From the NCBI GenBank assembly GCA_043228905.1, contig JBHGNT010000016.1, forward strand, positions 13,888,001 to 13,952,000: a stretch of 64,000 nucleotides of DNA, written 5' to 3'. The DNA comes from Azolla caroliniana. Lineage: Eukaryota > Plantae > Polypodiophyta. The notes under the pieces are model-generated. The model saw only the letters and a program-made list of their open reading frames with translations. It was not told the origin of the DNA and searched no databases. The stretch's first letter is position 1; every line of letters starts with the position of its first letter. Below are positions 1-12,310 of this stretch, piece by piece. The position numbers were made by a program, and so were the translations under genes.

Positions 1-765
1 CGTAGTTGATTTTGGCGGTGTCAAACTTCCGTGAGTGGAAAGCCACAAGATGTAGTTTTTCATCATCGCCTTGTTGTGATAGAATGCTACCCAAGGCAAA
101 ATCCGATGCGTCTGCCTCAATGATGAACGGTTTTTTCGAATCAACATGAGCTAGGATAGGAGCTGATGTAAATGCTTTCTTAAGACTCACAAAATCCGTG
201 TCTGCTTCTTTCGACCAAATAAACGATCGACCCTTCTTGGTAAGTTGTGTGAGAGGCAGAATAAGCTTTGAGTAATCCTATATAAACTTGTGGTAGAAAT
301 TGGTGAAGCCTTTAAAAAGCATTGCACATCTCGTAACCAATGTGGAGTCTGCCATTCTACCACCATTTTGACCTTAGTTGGATTCATAGAGATGCCTTCC
401 GAGGAAATGACATAGCCTAGAAATTCCACCTGGTTGCACTCGAAACTACATTTTTCTAGTTTTGCATAAAGACCATGTTCTCGAAGTCGTTTTAGTACTA
501 ATAGTACATGAGAATCATGTTCTTCTTGAGTCTTCGAATAGACCAGTAGATGATCAAACAAATATCCAAGAGATCTCGGAATATATCATTTGCCATGTGT
601 TGGAAGACTGATGACGCATTAGTGAGACCGAATGGCATAACTGTATACTCAAAGTGCCCATATCTGGTGCAAAACGCGGTCTTCCATTCATCTCCTGGTC
701 GGATTCGTACGAGGATATATGCTCCTCATAAGTCAATCTTTGTGAAGAACTTTGCACCATTGATC
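1..765 (-). mobile_element. Ty3/gypsy (chromovirus, Tcn1/Tf1-like) RT-RNase H fragment, degenerate
   Basis: Minus-strand frames give [51 protein letters not shown] and RNase H FIIEADASDFALGSILSQ..VAFHSRKF; frameshifts/stops; runs off window start. Confidence 0.9.
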
Positions 766-1057
766 TGTTCTTTGGGAAGACTCGAGAATATAACGCAACT
801 AGAAGAAAACAATACAGCGATTCAGAGGACAAAAAACTATATTTTAGAGATTACCGAAAATTACGCTCGTTCTTACAAGTTTCCCATGCCCTTTATATAC
901 AAGGTCATGGTCGGTTACGCTTGGAGCATGAACTATTACAAGCATTCATAACGCTTCATTCTATACCTATGGCCTCATAATTACGCTACGGTTGTTTTGT
1001 CTCTACGCCTTCCTTTTCTTCCACCTTTTCCCACTAGGCCAACTTAGGTGGACAACA
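766..1057 (-). mobile_element. Solo or truncated LTR
   Basis: TGTT...AACA-bounded ~290 bp non-coding segment with TATATAAAGG on the minus strand and a layout similar to the gypsy LTR at 12557; flanks (tgatc / cttcg) do not form a TSD. Confidence 0.5.
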
Positions 1058-1550
1058 CTTCGTCCTGGAATGATAGGTCGTGTTCTTCGCACTCTGGTTG
1101 CTGCAATAGAGCCGGAATTCCTCCTTCTGGATCCCTAACTCTTCGATGAAGTCCTTCGTCCAGATTATCTCTTTGCCAGCTTCCACGACTGTCGTGTACT
1201 CCACTTTCGTTGTCAACAGTGCAACGAACTTCTATAGCCACGACTGCCATGATACAACTCCCCCTACATAAGTCATGACATATCTAGATGTAGATTGGTT
1301 GGTATCCGCATCAGCCGACATATCCGAACACCATCGCGTACATCAAGCTTCGGACAGTAGAGGCATATGGTATCTTCATCATATCTAACTTCTCAGCCTT
1401 TGTCTTCGGGCTCTGCTTTCCGGACAACTTGCAGTTCGCCGGAAGTGTCGACCCTACCGACTCTGCATCCGACATGTTGAACCTTTGAAGCACCTTTGTC
1501 ACATACTTCTCTTGTGACAGCCACAACTACTTCTTCGTCCAGTCCCATAT
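1058..1550 (-). mobile_element. Ty1/copia RT-RNase H relic (same family as 41526-46804)
   Basis: WLSQEKYVTKVLQRFNMS..PYASTVRSLMYAMV and VEAGKEIIW..YHSRTK closely match ORF 42145-44436; internal deletions. Confidence 0.9.
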
Positions 1551-1639
1551 CTTAACTCCAGTAACCGTGTCCGAGAAGAAGGCCAAGACCAAGACATGGG
1601 CAGATGTGGTCAAAGACAGAAGGCAAATCGGAGATAGCC

Positions 1640-1970
1640 GATTCAGTCGAGGAGTTTGATTAAGGAGAGCCGAATCATATGTCGTTAGAAACTCGCAACA
1701 CTTTGCAATAATTGGCATCGGCACAATAGAGCTTAACCTTCCGAGCGGCTCTACTCTTGTATTGCACAACGTCTGACACGTACCTAAGCTGTCAAGGCCA
1801 TTGATCTTAGTCAAACAATTAGAAGAAGATGGTATACATGTTGGCTTCTCGACGAGAGGGTGGACACTTTAGAGAGGCAACCTCCTACTTGCTCGAGGAT
1901 CGAAGGTACATTCACTATACCCGCTATATGTCACTTTCAGAGAAGGTGACCTAGTTTTGGTAGACATGCT
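1640..1970 (+). mobile_element. Ty1/copia protease/pre-integrase relic (same family as 36303-51290)
   Basis: VVRNSQHFAIIGIGTIELNLPSGSTLVLHNV..GNLLLARGSKVHSLYPLYV is colinear with 38290-38492 plus 39797-39885 and shows the empty site (single aacct) of the 38493 insertion. Confidence 0.85.
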
Positions 1971-2654
1971 CCCTATCTTCAACTGTCAACTCTCTTCGAG
2001 TAGTCAGCTCCTCCCACTAGAGGGACATATTCCTAACAAACTCCACCTTCACTCCTATGGGGAGGAGTCTGTTATTCCTATCCTCTATTGACTGACTATG
2101 AGTTTATCCATTGGTATGTTTTTGTGAGCATGTCGGATTACTGGATTACACATATATTGGCTTATTGTTCCCACAACAAATGCTATGTCTGGTCTCGTGC
2201 GACCATAGCATACATTAAATTGTCGAGGTCTAGAAAATCTCTACGATGGACAATGTAGCAAACGGGATTTTGATCACTGAGGCACTAGGTGAGCTTAAAG
2301 ATAAATTGGTCCAATTGAGTCGGACAATAGAGATCACTTCGAACAATCGGCCTCAACGGCCGATTCGGCGTTTGTTCTCGAACCAGTCGATTTAGCCACT
2401 GTTTCTTTCGGCCATTACCGATTGCCTATAAGCCGATCTGTCCTAGCATCTCTTTGTATATATTTGCTTCATATTACAGGTTTCTACTTGATGTATACGC
2501 CCATTACAAGTCTATGTCGAATACGGGTATATAATGGTCGTATTCAGATTGTCCAATCCAGACAAACTAGGATAGGTTATTTATGTTGTAAAAAATAGCG
2601 TATGCAAAAACTTTTCCACAAGACACAACCGATTCAACCGGACACCAAAAAACA

Positions 2655-3250
2655 GTTAGGTAAACACAGAGATGGAGATACACAATGTGAGAGAGAGAGA
2701 CAGAGTTAGCAAACAACAACTTGATTCAAAATATAATAATGTTTTGTACATATGATTGTGCTCAGTTAGCACTCTTATAGAAGCCCTGACAATGGGCTGA
2801 CAGAGGTACTGATAAGTACTTGTATGCTCACAAATGAGCATCTGTCACTAACTCCCTAAAATATTCCTATTACTATGAATATGAATATAGGCCTTAACGA
2901 CTTGTCGGCTTCTTCAGCCGCTTTGTCTCTCATCTTCTTCAACCGACTCTCCTCAGCCCACTCGACTATCGGCTTCTTCAATCGATCTGGCCCTTCCGCC
3001 TTTAGCCAATTCGGCTCATGTTGAGCTTGTCTCTGAACACTCCCCCTCAAGCTCAACTTGAGGTCCCTTGTCAGTTCTAGATGGTCCACCGCTCCAGCTT
3101 GTCCTGGCTTCACGCCTCCTTGCTTGTGCTCCACGACCCATCCAGGCCCACAGTCCTTGACCCATCCGATCGGCTTAACTGCTCCTTAGGCCCTTATTGG
3201 CCTTCTTCACACTGTCGTGAAGGATTCCGGCCACTAGGAGGAAAGTCTAT
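2655..3250 (-). mobile_element. Copia 3' LTR plus polypurine tract relic
   Basis: ttgagcttgtctctgAACA (ends 3039) followed by ctccccctc (reverse PPT), the same terminus type as the LTR ends at 12310, 30165 and 46888. The other LTR end is eroded. Confidence 0.6.
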
Positions 3251-3766
3251 AGGATGCGTGTGAACAAGGGTGTGCATGCATGCACACGAACTAGGTCTTA
3301 TGTACAAACAATTGTAAATAACATAGTATTAATAAGTACATGACAATATAGCTTTATTAGTACTTATGGGCCCTCAAAAGAGGGGAGGAATAATAGGACG
3401 TGATGGGACAAAATCATTTGAAATCTCTAACGAAAACGGTTACCATTACAACCAATATAACAAACCTTCCTTGGGCTATAAAAGGAAGGGATGGAGATTG
3501 TTTTGGGAGGGTCGTAAAAGGGGGGGGAGGTGTTGTCGGATTGTGGCACCGAGTGCCTAGTAGATAACCCCCACGAATGTGAATATGTCAATCTATGTCT
3601 ATAACAAAACAATTGACTTTAAAGCCTATATTCGAGGGTGTTTGATTGCTCTTTAGTTTTTTGCATCAAAGATAGACAAATATTTGTAGTGTCGATAGAG
3701 AGGCCATGGAACCTACATTCAAAAGTTTTCTTCATGTGTATCTCCTTCATAAGTAACAATTGGCAA

Positions 3767-3875
3767 CGGTTTGGTTTGGTTTTGTTTGGTTCAAAGTGGC
3801 CAAACCGAAACCGTTTAAACCAAACCATTAAACCACTAAAATCACGGTTTCGTGGTTTGGTTTCGGTTTTCAATT
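3767..3875. repeat. GGTTT/AAACC short-repeat array resembling DNA-transposon (hAT/MITE) subterminal repeats
   Basis: Alternating ggtttggttt / aaaccgaaacc motifs in both orientations; no TIR pair identified. Confidence 0.45.
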
Positions 3876-6728
3876 TACATTAAAATTCAAATTTTAAATT
3901 TTAAAATTCACATTATTTCCAATTTTAAAGATTTTTCCTAAAATGCAAGCTACATGTCCTCTCATGATTCAACAGCAAGAGTTTTTAGTACAAAGTAGTA
4001 ACCGCCCCTTCGAGGAAGGAGTCACATATAAGATGACATGTTGATTTGGTCTCAACGGTCAAATTTGGCCTCATCATGGACGATAAAATTTCTATTCTAT
4101 TTTATTCTATGTATACATGATATAGCTCATAATTAAAATAATATTTTATACTATCATAAGATGATTATCTTAATGGTTTGGGCTTAGCCTATGTTCCCCA
4201 ATGGCATGAATTTGAATCTTGACATTGTAATCACAACAATATCCTTGAGTTTTGACATGAGGAGTCTAAGATCGACAACACACCACGGTGGTTGTCATAG
4301 GCCTCCCGTGCACACTCGTGACTATTTGTTCATAAAGCTTGGGCGATCAACTCCCGACATTTGTGAACCCGACTCATTCTATGGCATTCTAAAGCTCTCT
4401 TGTCAAATAAAAATAGTAATGCTTCTTTTAATGAGCACCATTGCCCTCTCTTTTAGCCTGCACTCAATATTATCTTGGCATGAGCACCTAGTTTACAAAA
4501 ACTTTTGTTGACATGTTTGTATTTATTGTTCATTTCATTGTTGTCACTTAGTATTGTAGTTTATCGTTTCCTTTCATCACCCTTAACAAGGTTTATGGTT
4601 CAACTATAACAATTATTCTGATATTTTCTGTTGCCCTCTACAATAGTGATATCATTTGCAATTTTTCTTCTCCTCAACTTGGTGCACTAGTTGGATTATC
4701 CAAACATGTTCATGGAAAAAGTATTTTACAAGATCTCCTTCTACTTCTTCCATGGTTGCATGGCTAACCAGGTGATATTGACTTTTAGGGTGCTCCAAAC
4801 AACTTATCTCAATGAAGTCACTCTCTCTCAATCTCTTGATTACTGTGATGAAGCATGCTCGATAGTATGTGGACAAGAGAAAGCGTAGAAATATAAAACT
4901 TTGTGCAAATGTTGCAAGTGAGGAACCATGAAAATGTTACTTAATGCCATGGCTTCTCATGGTACTCCATCCCTTGCATGTACAACATATACTCCCATTT
5001 GATGCAGTCATGTAGAACAAGACGATTTGGAGGCATATACATGTGCACCTAGGAGTGTGCACTCTACATTCATTAAACCAAGGTCATGGTTTAACTATTT
5101 CCATAGACCAAGATGTTGGTCATTGTTTAAGGAACAAGCATAGCACTAGAAAACGTACAAAGGAAGAACAAGACTTACAACACAATGTGAAAAGTTACCA
5201 ATACATGGTAAAAGCCATAGAAGGCACTTATATGACTATTAAGATTCTTCTTTTAACATTTAGTAAACTTGATCTACAATTAAGGTCTTTGTTAACATAT
5301 TTTTGCTCATTAATTATAGACCTATCTATTTAACGTATTCTCATTGTATAATTCAGAACTTAAGTCTGTTTGGGCTGATTGTACTTGCTTTCTTTCCTTG
5401 TTTTACTTGTTTACCTTGCTAAGTTGTTTAAAATTAATATTTAAGTGATTAAGCATGTTTAAGTAAGCTTAGGCCTCTTGGATGTGTATTTAGGCGCTAT
5501 GTTTAGAGTTTGATTGCTTGTTTTCCAGCATTTGCAAGTAGAATTATGTGTAACTAATTGAGAAATCTTGACTTTATTGACAACTATTGTGAGATTGGGT
5601 CAATCCAACTATTGAGAAATTTGATTCAAACCAAATTCTACTAGCTAATCAATCTACCATTCTTATCAACTTGGGATGTCTATTAAAATGTATAAACCAA
5701 GCGTCAAGGCCTAGAAAGCCTATAGTTGTGTGGGTACTCTAATCTCGCATTTGTATTGACTCCACTCATGTGGAATAATAAAACAAACAACATCCTAATG
5801 ATGAATTGAGGGTTAGAGGTCAGTTTGAAAGGAAAACCACATTGGCATACTTAACCTACTGCTAATAATGCATCATAGTCCTTCTCCATATATATGGAAG
5901 TTGATCCATTAATATGCAAAAGACTGTCAATTGATCTACAACAATAATACTCAAAGAAAAAGTTGTGAGAAATACCTCAGTTATTTCAATTTCTTTGAAA
6001 TCTTGTTTTAGTACATTTTTCTTTCCATTATGAACACAACCAATGTCAGCCCATACTATTGTTTAATGCTTTGTCGAACTCCACGAACCTGGATTATGCC
6101 CATGGGCACAAGCTTTGGACTGTCATTAGTTCGATACACCAATGTGATATAGCTGTAATAAAAGGAAATGGCTTGGTGGAAGAAAACAAACAATGTGTAA
6201 AAAATGTTCTATGTTTACATACCTTTCTCAGGATTGAATGCATGCTTGATGGTTTTCCGGCTCCTTTGATGCGAGGCTTCCTCTTGATAGTTTCCATTGC
6301 TGCTAACATTTTCTGCTTCCTCTTGCATTCCTGCAGCCATGTCAATGCTCTTTCACGAAGTGACCCATGTTGCTCTCAAGAACAATTAAGATCAAGCTGA
6401 GGTAAATGGTCAGATTATAAGCTTGAGCCTTTCTTCACAATCTGAGAATGAATCATCATTTTTTTCTGAGAAAGAATCAGCTCTATGTTTTTCTGTCCAT
6501 TAGCAACCATGGTGTGAATCACCGATTTGTCAGGCTCGTTTTTATCCTTGTGGATCAGGATGAGGTGCTGGCCAAAAAACAACAGCATCGCTTCCTGAAG
6601 CGATCACCTCTACAACCGAAATTCTTTTCGTGTTAATGTTTCCTAGACTTCTGTTAAAGATCACCACAACATAGTGGCCAAATCAACGGCTCCTCCAGAA
6701 TGACTGATTTGACATAAGAATAGAAACT

Positions 6729-9700
6729 TCAATTAGGTGATCTTTCTAAAAGTGCTATCTTATCAAATGCCAATCTTCCCAGCTTCACATTTCCCCATAT
6801 TTTACAAGCATTGGCTAAGGCAAGCCAAACAACAGGATCATCAGATGTTGGCATCATTTTGATCATCGAAATTACCTTATCAAAGTGTCCGGCATTTCCA
6901 AACACCACAATCATGCACGTATAGTGCTCCGAGCTTGGTGAAATGCCATATGATCCGGTCATGCTACTAAAATACATTTGGGCTTCATTCAACCTCCCCA
7001 AGTAGCTGCATGCATTCAACAAACATAAGAAGGTTATTGCATCCGGAAAGAGATGCTCAGTCTGCATCCGTTCGAAACATTTCACCACTTCATGATTATA
7101 CCCACATTGGGCATATCCCCCAATTAAGGTATTCCAAGCGACGATATCTCTCATTTGTATCTCATCATGCACTTCCTGTGCTTTTGCAAGCAAACCACAC
7201 TTGACATACATATCAACCAAGGCAGTGCCAAGAATGTCATCTTTCTTCAACAAACCCTTCTCAACAATCTCATCATGAACTTGCTTGGCCTTATCAATGG
7301 CTCCTATTCTACCACAAGCTTTGAGGACGCAAGTGAAGATGACCTCATTTGGAGATACCCCCTCACTTCTCATCTGTTCAAAACAATGCAGTACTTCATG
7401 GTCTCGCTCATGTTGAGCATACGCAGATATTAGTGTGGACCAAGAGATAACATCACGACAAAGAATCCCATGATGCACTTCTTGTGCTTTTGCCAGCATA
7501 CCACATTTAGCATACATACCCATCAATGCAGTGCCAAGCACAACATTCTTTTCTACCACGCAAAGCCCATTATTGACAATGTCATCATGAATTTTCTTGC
7601 CCTTGTCAATAACCCCGATTTTGCTGCATGCCTTCAATGCGAGGCTGTAGGTGATCGCATTTGGGCAAATGCCTTCTGTTTGCATTCGTTCAAAACAGTT
7701 CAAAGCTTTATGATTGCTTCCCTCTTCTACATATCCTGCAATTAGGGCAGTCCAAGAAGCTACATCTTGAATGGAAAATTCATCGAGTGCCTCATGTGCT
7801 TTTCGAAGTGCACCACATTTGGCATACATGTCAACCAAAGCATTACTAAGCATGTTATTTTCTTTCACCAAAAAGCCCATACTGAAAACTTCATCGAGAA
7901 TTCGTTCACCCTTGTCAATAGCTCCAGTGATGCCACATGCCTTGAAGATGCTGATGAAGGTGACTTCATTAGGTAAAACACCCTCGATTTGCATATTCTC
8001 TAAACAATTCAACGCAGCATGGCCTTGCCCATGTTCGACATACCCTGCAATTAGTGCAGTCCAAGACATTACATCTCTTAGAGGAAGTTCATCATGCACT
8101 TGTTGTGCTTTTTCAAGTACACCACATTGAGCATACATATCAATCAAAGCACTACCCAACATGATATCTTTCTCCAACAATCCCTTACTCAGCATCTCGT
8201 CATGGATTTGTCTTCCCAGTCCAATACATCGTATGTTGCTACAAGCCTTCAGAATAGAAGTAAATGTGATTGAATCCGGAGAACAACCCTCTCTTTTCAT
8301 CCATTCAAAGCACACCAATGCTTTTTCACATTGTCCATGCTCAGAATACCCTGCAATGAGTGCATTCCAAGAACTAACTTCCCGAATAGGAAGTTCATCA
8401 AGCACTTGGTGTGCTGTCATGAGGGCACCACAAGCAGCATACATGTCTACTAGTGCAGTACCAATCACAGCATCATTCTCCAATAAACCCCTTCGAATAA
8501 TCTCTTTATGGATTTCCTCACCCTTTCCAAGATATTTTGTGCTCCCACATGCCTTTAAGATGCAACTCAAAGTACTTGCATCTGGATTAATACCCTCCAT
8601 CTGCATCAGCTCAAAACAGTTCATTGCTTCATGACCTTTCCCTACTTCGGTATACCCCGTAATAAGCGCATTCCAGGTGACTACGTCTCGGATAGGAATC
8701 TCTTCGAGCACTTTACGTGCTTTTGAGAACAAGCCATAATGGGCATACATAGCCACTAAAGCATTCGAAAGTGCAATACTCTTCTTCAACAAGCCCCTCC
8801 TCAAAATGTCAACATGGATTTTCTTGCCAATGTGAATAGTCTCTGTGCTACCACAAATCTTCAAGATGTAAAGGTAAGTAACCTCATTTGGAGAGATGCC
8901 ATCTTTCTGCATTTGTTGAAGACAACTCAATGCTTCATGCACTCGGCCATGTATGGCATACCCGGAGATAAGAGTGGTCCAAGAAATTACATCACGGTGA
9001 GGAAGCTTGTTAAGCACATCTCTTGCTTTTCCAAGATAACCACATCTAACATACATATCAACCATACCATTGCCCAGTACGATATTTTTTTCGTGTAATC
9101 GCCTAGTGAGAATTTCATTGTGAATCTGATTGGCCTTATCTATGGCTCCTATATTGCCACATGCTGTTAAGATACAACTGAAAGTGATCGCATCTGGTGA
9201 GAGCCCCTCTGTTTGCATCTTCTCAAAACAATCAAATGCTTTATGACTTTGTCCATTTTGGGCATAGCCGGCAATTAATGCATTCCAAGAGATCACATCT
9301 CGAACCGGAAGGTCATCAAACACATGTTGTGCTTTTGCAAGAACGCCACATTTGACATACATATCGACAAGAGCATTGCCAAGAACAATGTTTTCATTCA
9401 ACAATCCTCTATGAACAATCTCATCGTGGATTGATTTGCCTTTGTGTATGGACCGTATAGTTCCACATGCCCTCAATGTAGAAGAAAACGTAACTGCATC
9501 AGGAGAGATGCCCTCACTTCTCATCCTGTCCAAAGAGTCTAGCGCTTCACTACCCCGTCCAAGCCTCGTGTACCCTGCTATTAGCGAGTTCCAAGAGACT
9601 ACATCCCGGATAGGAAGATGTTCCAGGACTTCTCGTGCTTTCCAGAGCATACCACATCTAGCATACATGTCGACCAGCGCATTGCCCAACAAGAGGTTTT

Positions 9701-10229
9701 TCTCAAACAAGCCCCTAGTAACAATCTCATCGTGGATTTGTTCGCCTGTATCGATAGCTCCTACATTCCCACATGCTTTCAACACGCAAAGGAAGGTAAC
9801 CTCAGTCGGCCGAAACCCCTCCTTCCGCATCAATCCAAAGCATTTCAATGCTTCATGACCTTGTCCTCGTCGGGTATAACATGAAATGAGCGAATTCCAT
9901 GTGACAACATCCCGAATGGGAAGCTCCTCGAACACTCCTCTTGACTTAGAAATCATTCCGCATTCAGCATAAATGCAGATCAAAGCGCTACCTATACGAG
10001 GGTTCTTTTCAAGCAAACCCCTCTTCATAATCTCATCATGTAGTCTTGTGGCTTCACATAAATCCTTCTTTCTTCCACAAGCCTTGAGTAGCACGACAAA
10101 AGAGCCCAATTCCTTTTCTTGATTCGTCATGACGAGGGACTCAGGGTCTGCATTGCAATCCTTCATCATGATCACAGAAGGAGTCCATGAATCCACACAG
10201 ACAGACAGACAGACAGACAGACAGGAGAT
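6729..10229 (-). CDS. PLS-class pentatricopeptide repeat protein (organellar RNA-editing/binding factor), ends after E1, no DYW
   Basis: 1155-codon ORF with ten DVVxWN/DVISWT-type P motifs in P-L-S triplets (~30 repeats), then L2-S2 (EHYTCMI..GHFD) and E1 (VVWLALANACKIWGNVKLGRLAF). The track start is GTG; the first ATG is at 10169; an in-frame TTTCAG acceptor at 10230-10231 suggests an upstream exon. Confidence 0.95.
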   Translation of the reverse strand: MSCLSVCLSVCVDSWTPSVIMMKDCNADPESLVMTNQEKELGSFVVLLKACGRKKDLCEATRLHDEIMKRGLLEKNPRIGSALICIYAECGMISKSRGVFEELPIRDVVTWNSLISCYTRRGQGHEALKCFGLMRKEGFRPTEVTFLCVLKACGNVGAIDTGEQIHDEIVTRGLFEKNLLLGNALVDMYARCGMLWKAREVLEHLPIRDVVSWNSLIAGYTRLGRGSEALDSLDRMRSEGISPDAVTFSSTLRACGTIRSIHKGKSIHDEIVHRGLLNENIVLGNALVDMYVKCGVLAKAQHVFDDLPVRDVISWNALIAGYAQNGQSHKAFDCFEKMQTEGLSPDAITFSCILTACGNIGAIDKANQIHNEILTRRLHEKNIVLGNGMVDMYVRCGYLGKARDVLNKLPHRDVISWTTLISGYAIHGRVHEALSCLQQMQKDGISPNEVTYLYILKICGSTETIHIGKKIHVDILRRGLLKKSIALSNALVAMYAHYGLFSKARKVLEEIPIRDVVTWNALITGYTEVGKGHEAMNCFELMQMEGINPDASTLSCILKACGSTKYLGKGEEIHKEIIRRGLLENDAVIGTALVDMYAACGALMTAHQVLDELPIREVSSWNALIAGYSEHGQCEKALVCFEWMKREGCSPDSITFTSILKACSNIRCIGLGRQIHDEMLSKGLLEKDIMLGSALIDMYAQCGVLEKAQQVHDELPLRDVMSWTALIAGYVEHGQGHAALNCLENMQIEGVLPNEVTFISIFKACGITGAIDKGERILDEVFSMGFLVKENNMLSNALVDMYAKCGALRKAHEALDEFSIQDVASWTALIAGYVEEGSNHKALNCFERMQTEGICPNAITYSLALKACSKIGVIDKGKKIHDDIVNNGLCVVEKNVVLGTALMGMYAKCGMLAKAQEVHHGILCRDVISWSTLISAYAQHERDHEVLHCFEQMRSEGVSPNEVIFTCVLKACGRIGAIDKAKQVHDEIVEKGLLKKDDILGTALVDMYVKCGLLAKAQEVHDEIQMRDIVAWNTLIGGYAQCGYNHEVVKCFERMQTEHLFPDAITFLCLLNACSYLGRLNEAQMYFSSMTGSYGISPSSEHYTCMIVVFGNAGHFDKVISMIKMMPTSDDPVVWLALANACKIWGNVKLGRLAFDKIALLERSPN
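10197..10224. repeat. (ACAG)7 microsatellite at the 5' end of the PPR exon
   Basis: Direct reading. Confidence 0.95.
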
Positions 10230-10639
10230 CTGAAATTCAAATGATATAACAATTGCTTACTAATCGCCCATTAAAACTTCTAATTAGAATCCATTTAATT
10301 TGTTAAATGATATGCTTTTTTATTAGAAAGCAGAAGTAATAATATGTCATAAAAGCACGAGAGCCCGGCGAGTCCAAACACTGTTTGCCAGAGATAATTC
10401 CTTGCAACAAGTGTGGGTACCCGAGTGCTGTCCGATTGATGTACATATATGCATATACATAGTGACAAGTACAGTAACCATTCGGTTAAATGTGTGTACA
10501 ACTAAGTGTGTCATTCTATTAAGTGCGTTTTTTATAGATGTCAAATCCTGTTCAAAATATTTACATTGTTTCATGATGAAATACATCAAATCAAATTGAA
10601 ACTATGTTCCAAAAATTCAAAAAACAACAAAATCATCAA

Positions 10640-10835
10640 TAAAAATAAGATTTCTAAGTTCTTTTGCAATTTTATACCAAAATCATGTAAGGTTATTTGT
10701 CTACTTTTAGTGACCACTTAGAAATAATGGCAAAAAATCAACAAAAATAAGATTTCTAAGTCTTTCGCTATTTCATACCAAAATCATGTAAGGTCATTTG
10801 CCTACTTTTAGCGATACGCTTAGAAACAATGGCAA
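10640..10835. repeat. ~103-bp degenerate tandem duplication
   Basis: aaaaataagatttctaagt..ataccaaaatcatgtaagg..ctacttttag..cttagaaa.aatggcaa occurs twice. Confidence 0.85.
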
Positions 10836-10994
10836 GATTTGCTTCTTGAATAATTCTACGAGCACTCGATAAAGCTGATTTTACTTGCTTTGCTTTCTTG
10901 GAACTCAAATAAGTTGTTGTCATTATCGAGTTGAGCATGAGTTTGGTATCAACAATATTTTGCAATACTTCAGGGAAAAGAATCAATGGTGATT

Positions 10995-12310
10995 CTGTGC
11001 ATCCCGCCACGATCGTCGTAGTTAGAATTCGAAGCGTAGTTTGTGAGTTGTCGGTTGGTCGAGGCCTACTCTCACTTCTTCTTTCGACACTCCACAGTAC
11101 TCGCATTCAATCGAGATGTTACGATTGCTCGGTTCGGCGGGATGGCTCCCCCTTCTACCGAACTCCTTGGGACTATTCATGTCCTCTTGCCATTGGTGGG
11201 AGTTACGCTCTTTGGTTAACCGACCAAGTCGGCCTCGTCCAAACCGACCTCTATTTCCACGGTTGAATCCTCTTCCCTCATCCAATTGGGAGAAGAGCAT
11301 TTGACCATCAAGAACATTGTTCCTTTGTCGAACGTGATTTTCTTCGACCAAAAGAATCGATTGAAGGTCGAAAAAGGAGGGAGGGTTTTCCCTGGCAAGA
11401 ATGGTCGATCTGATCATGCTGAATCGAGGTGCCAAGCCGTCGAGGCATATTTGCACCATTTTTCATCGTCGATGACGACATTAATCGAACCAAGGGCATC
11501 GTATATCTCCTTGATCTGCAAGGTATAGTCGGTGATCGACATGTCCCTTTGTTGCATGTTGTTTAGCTCCTGTCGAAGTTGGAGGTTTTGTGCAGCCGTA
11601 TTTGCCGCGAAAATCTTCTTGAGATTTCCCCAAGCTTCTTTTGGCGTTTTCGAATCTCGAATATAGTCGAGCATGTGGTCATGAATGCATGATGCAAGGT
11701 AGTAAAACACACAGCTCACAGCCTGCTCCCACGCTAGGTAGTCGGCGTGTGTCGGGTTGGGTTGCGTTTCGTGAGCTCCCTTGATGTAGCTCCAATAACC
11801 TTGTCCAACAAGGTATTGATGCATCTTGTACTCCCAAGATGTGAAGTTTGTTCCATCGAGCTTCTCGGTGAGAAGAGCGCTTCCCATCCGAGTGTTCATT
11901 ATCGAACTTCTTCTACTCTTGATGCGAATTGTGCAGATCGTTGCTACAGTGGTCAATCGGTTCTCTCTAAATATGAGCCTGAGCACAACACACGTAAAGG
12001 CGATGGGCTTGGATCAAGCTACAACCTTGCTCTGATACCATGTAAAGAATAAGAGTCATGGGTGGTGCAACGGAAGCAACTGTGTATGTGTGAGTGCAGT
12101 AAGATGAGAGAGAGTGTGTGTGTGTGATAGAGCTCTAAACAAGAAAAGTGTATATTACATCCTATAGTTACTCAGTTACAAAAGGTTGGCTTAAATACCA
12201 AATAATCTACATCAAATACCCTTTCTACTAATTACAAATCTATCCTAGTAAGTTGTCCACTGACTAGTGTGAACATTGTTGCTATGGGAAGTTGAGTTCG
12301 ATTCTCAACA
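10995..12310 (-). mobile_element. Truncated Ty1/copia element (family A): 5' LTR 12041-12310, tRNA-iMet PBS 12029-12040, gag
   Basis: gctctgatacca (reverse complement of TGGTATCAGAGC) abuts the LTR; LTR termini match the 30165-30538 LTR termini; gag EKLDGTNFTSWEYKMHQYLVGQGYW with frameshift and zinc-knuckle remnant. Confidence 0.9.

Noticed and set aside
4190-5330. hAT transposase relic
   Set aside because: Only faint peptide resemblance (VKSYQYMVKAI); too degraded to call without a profile search.
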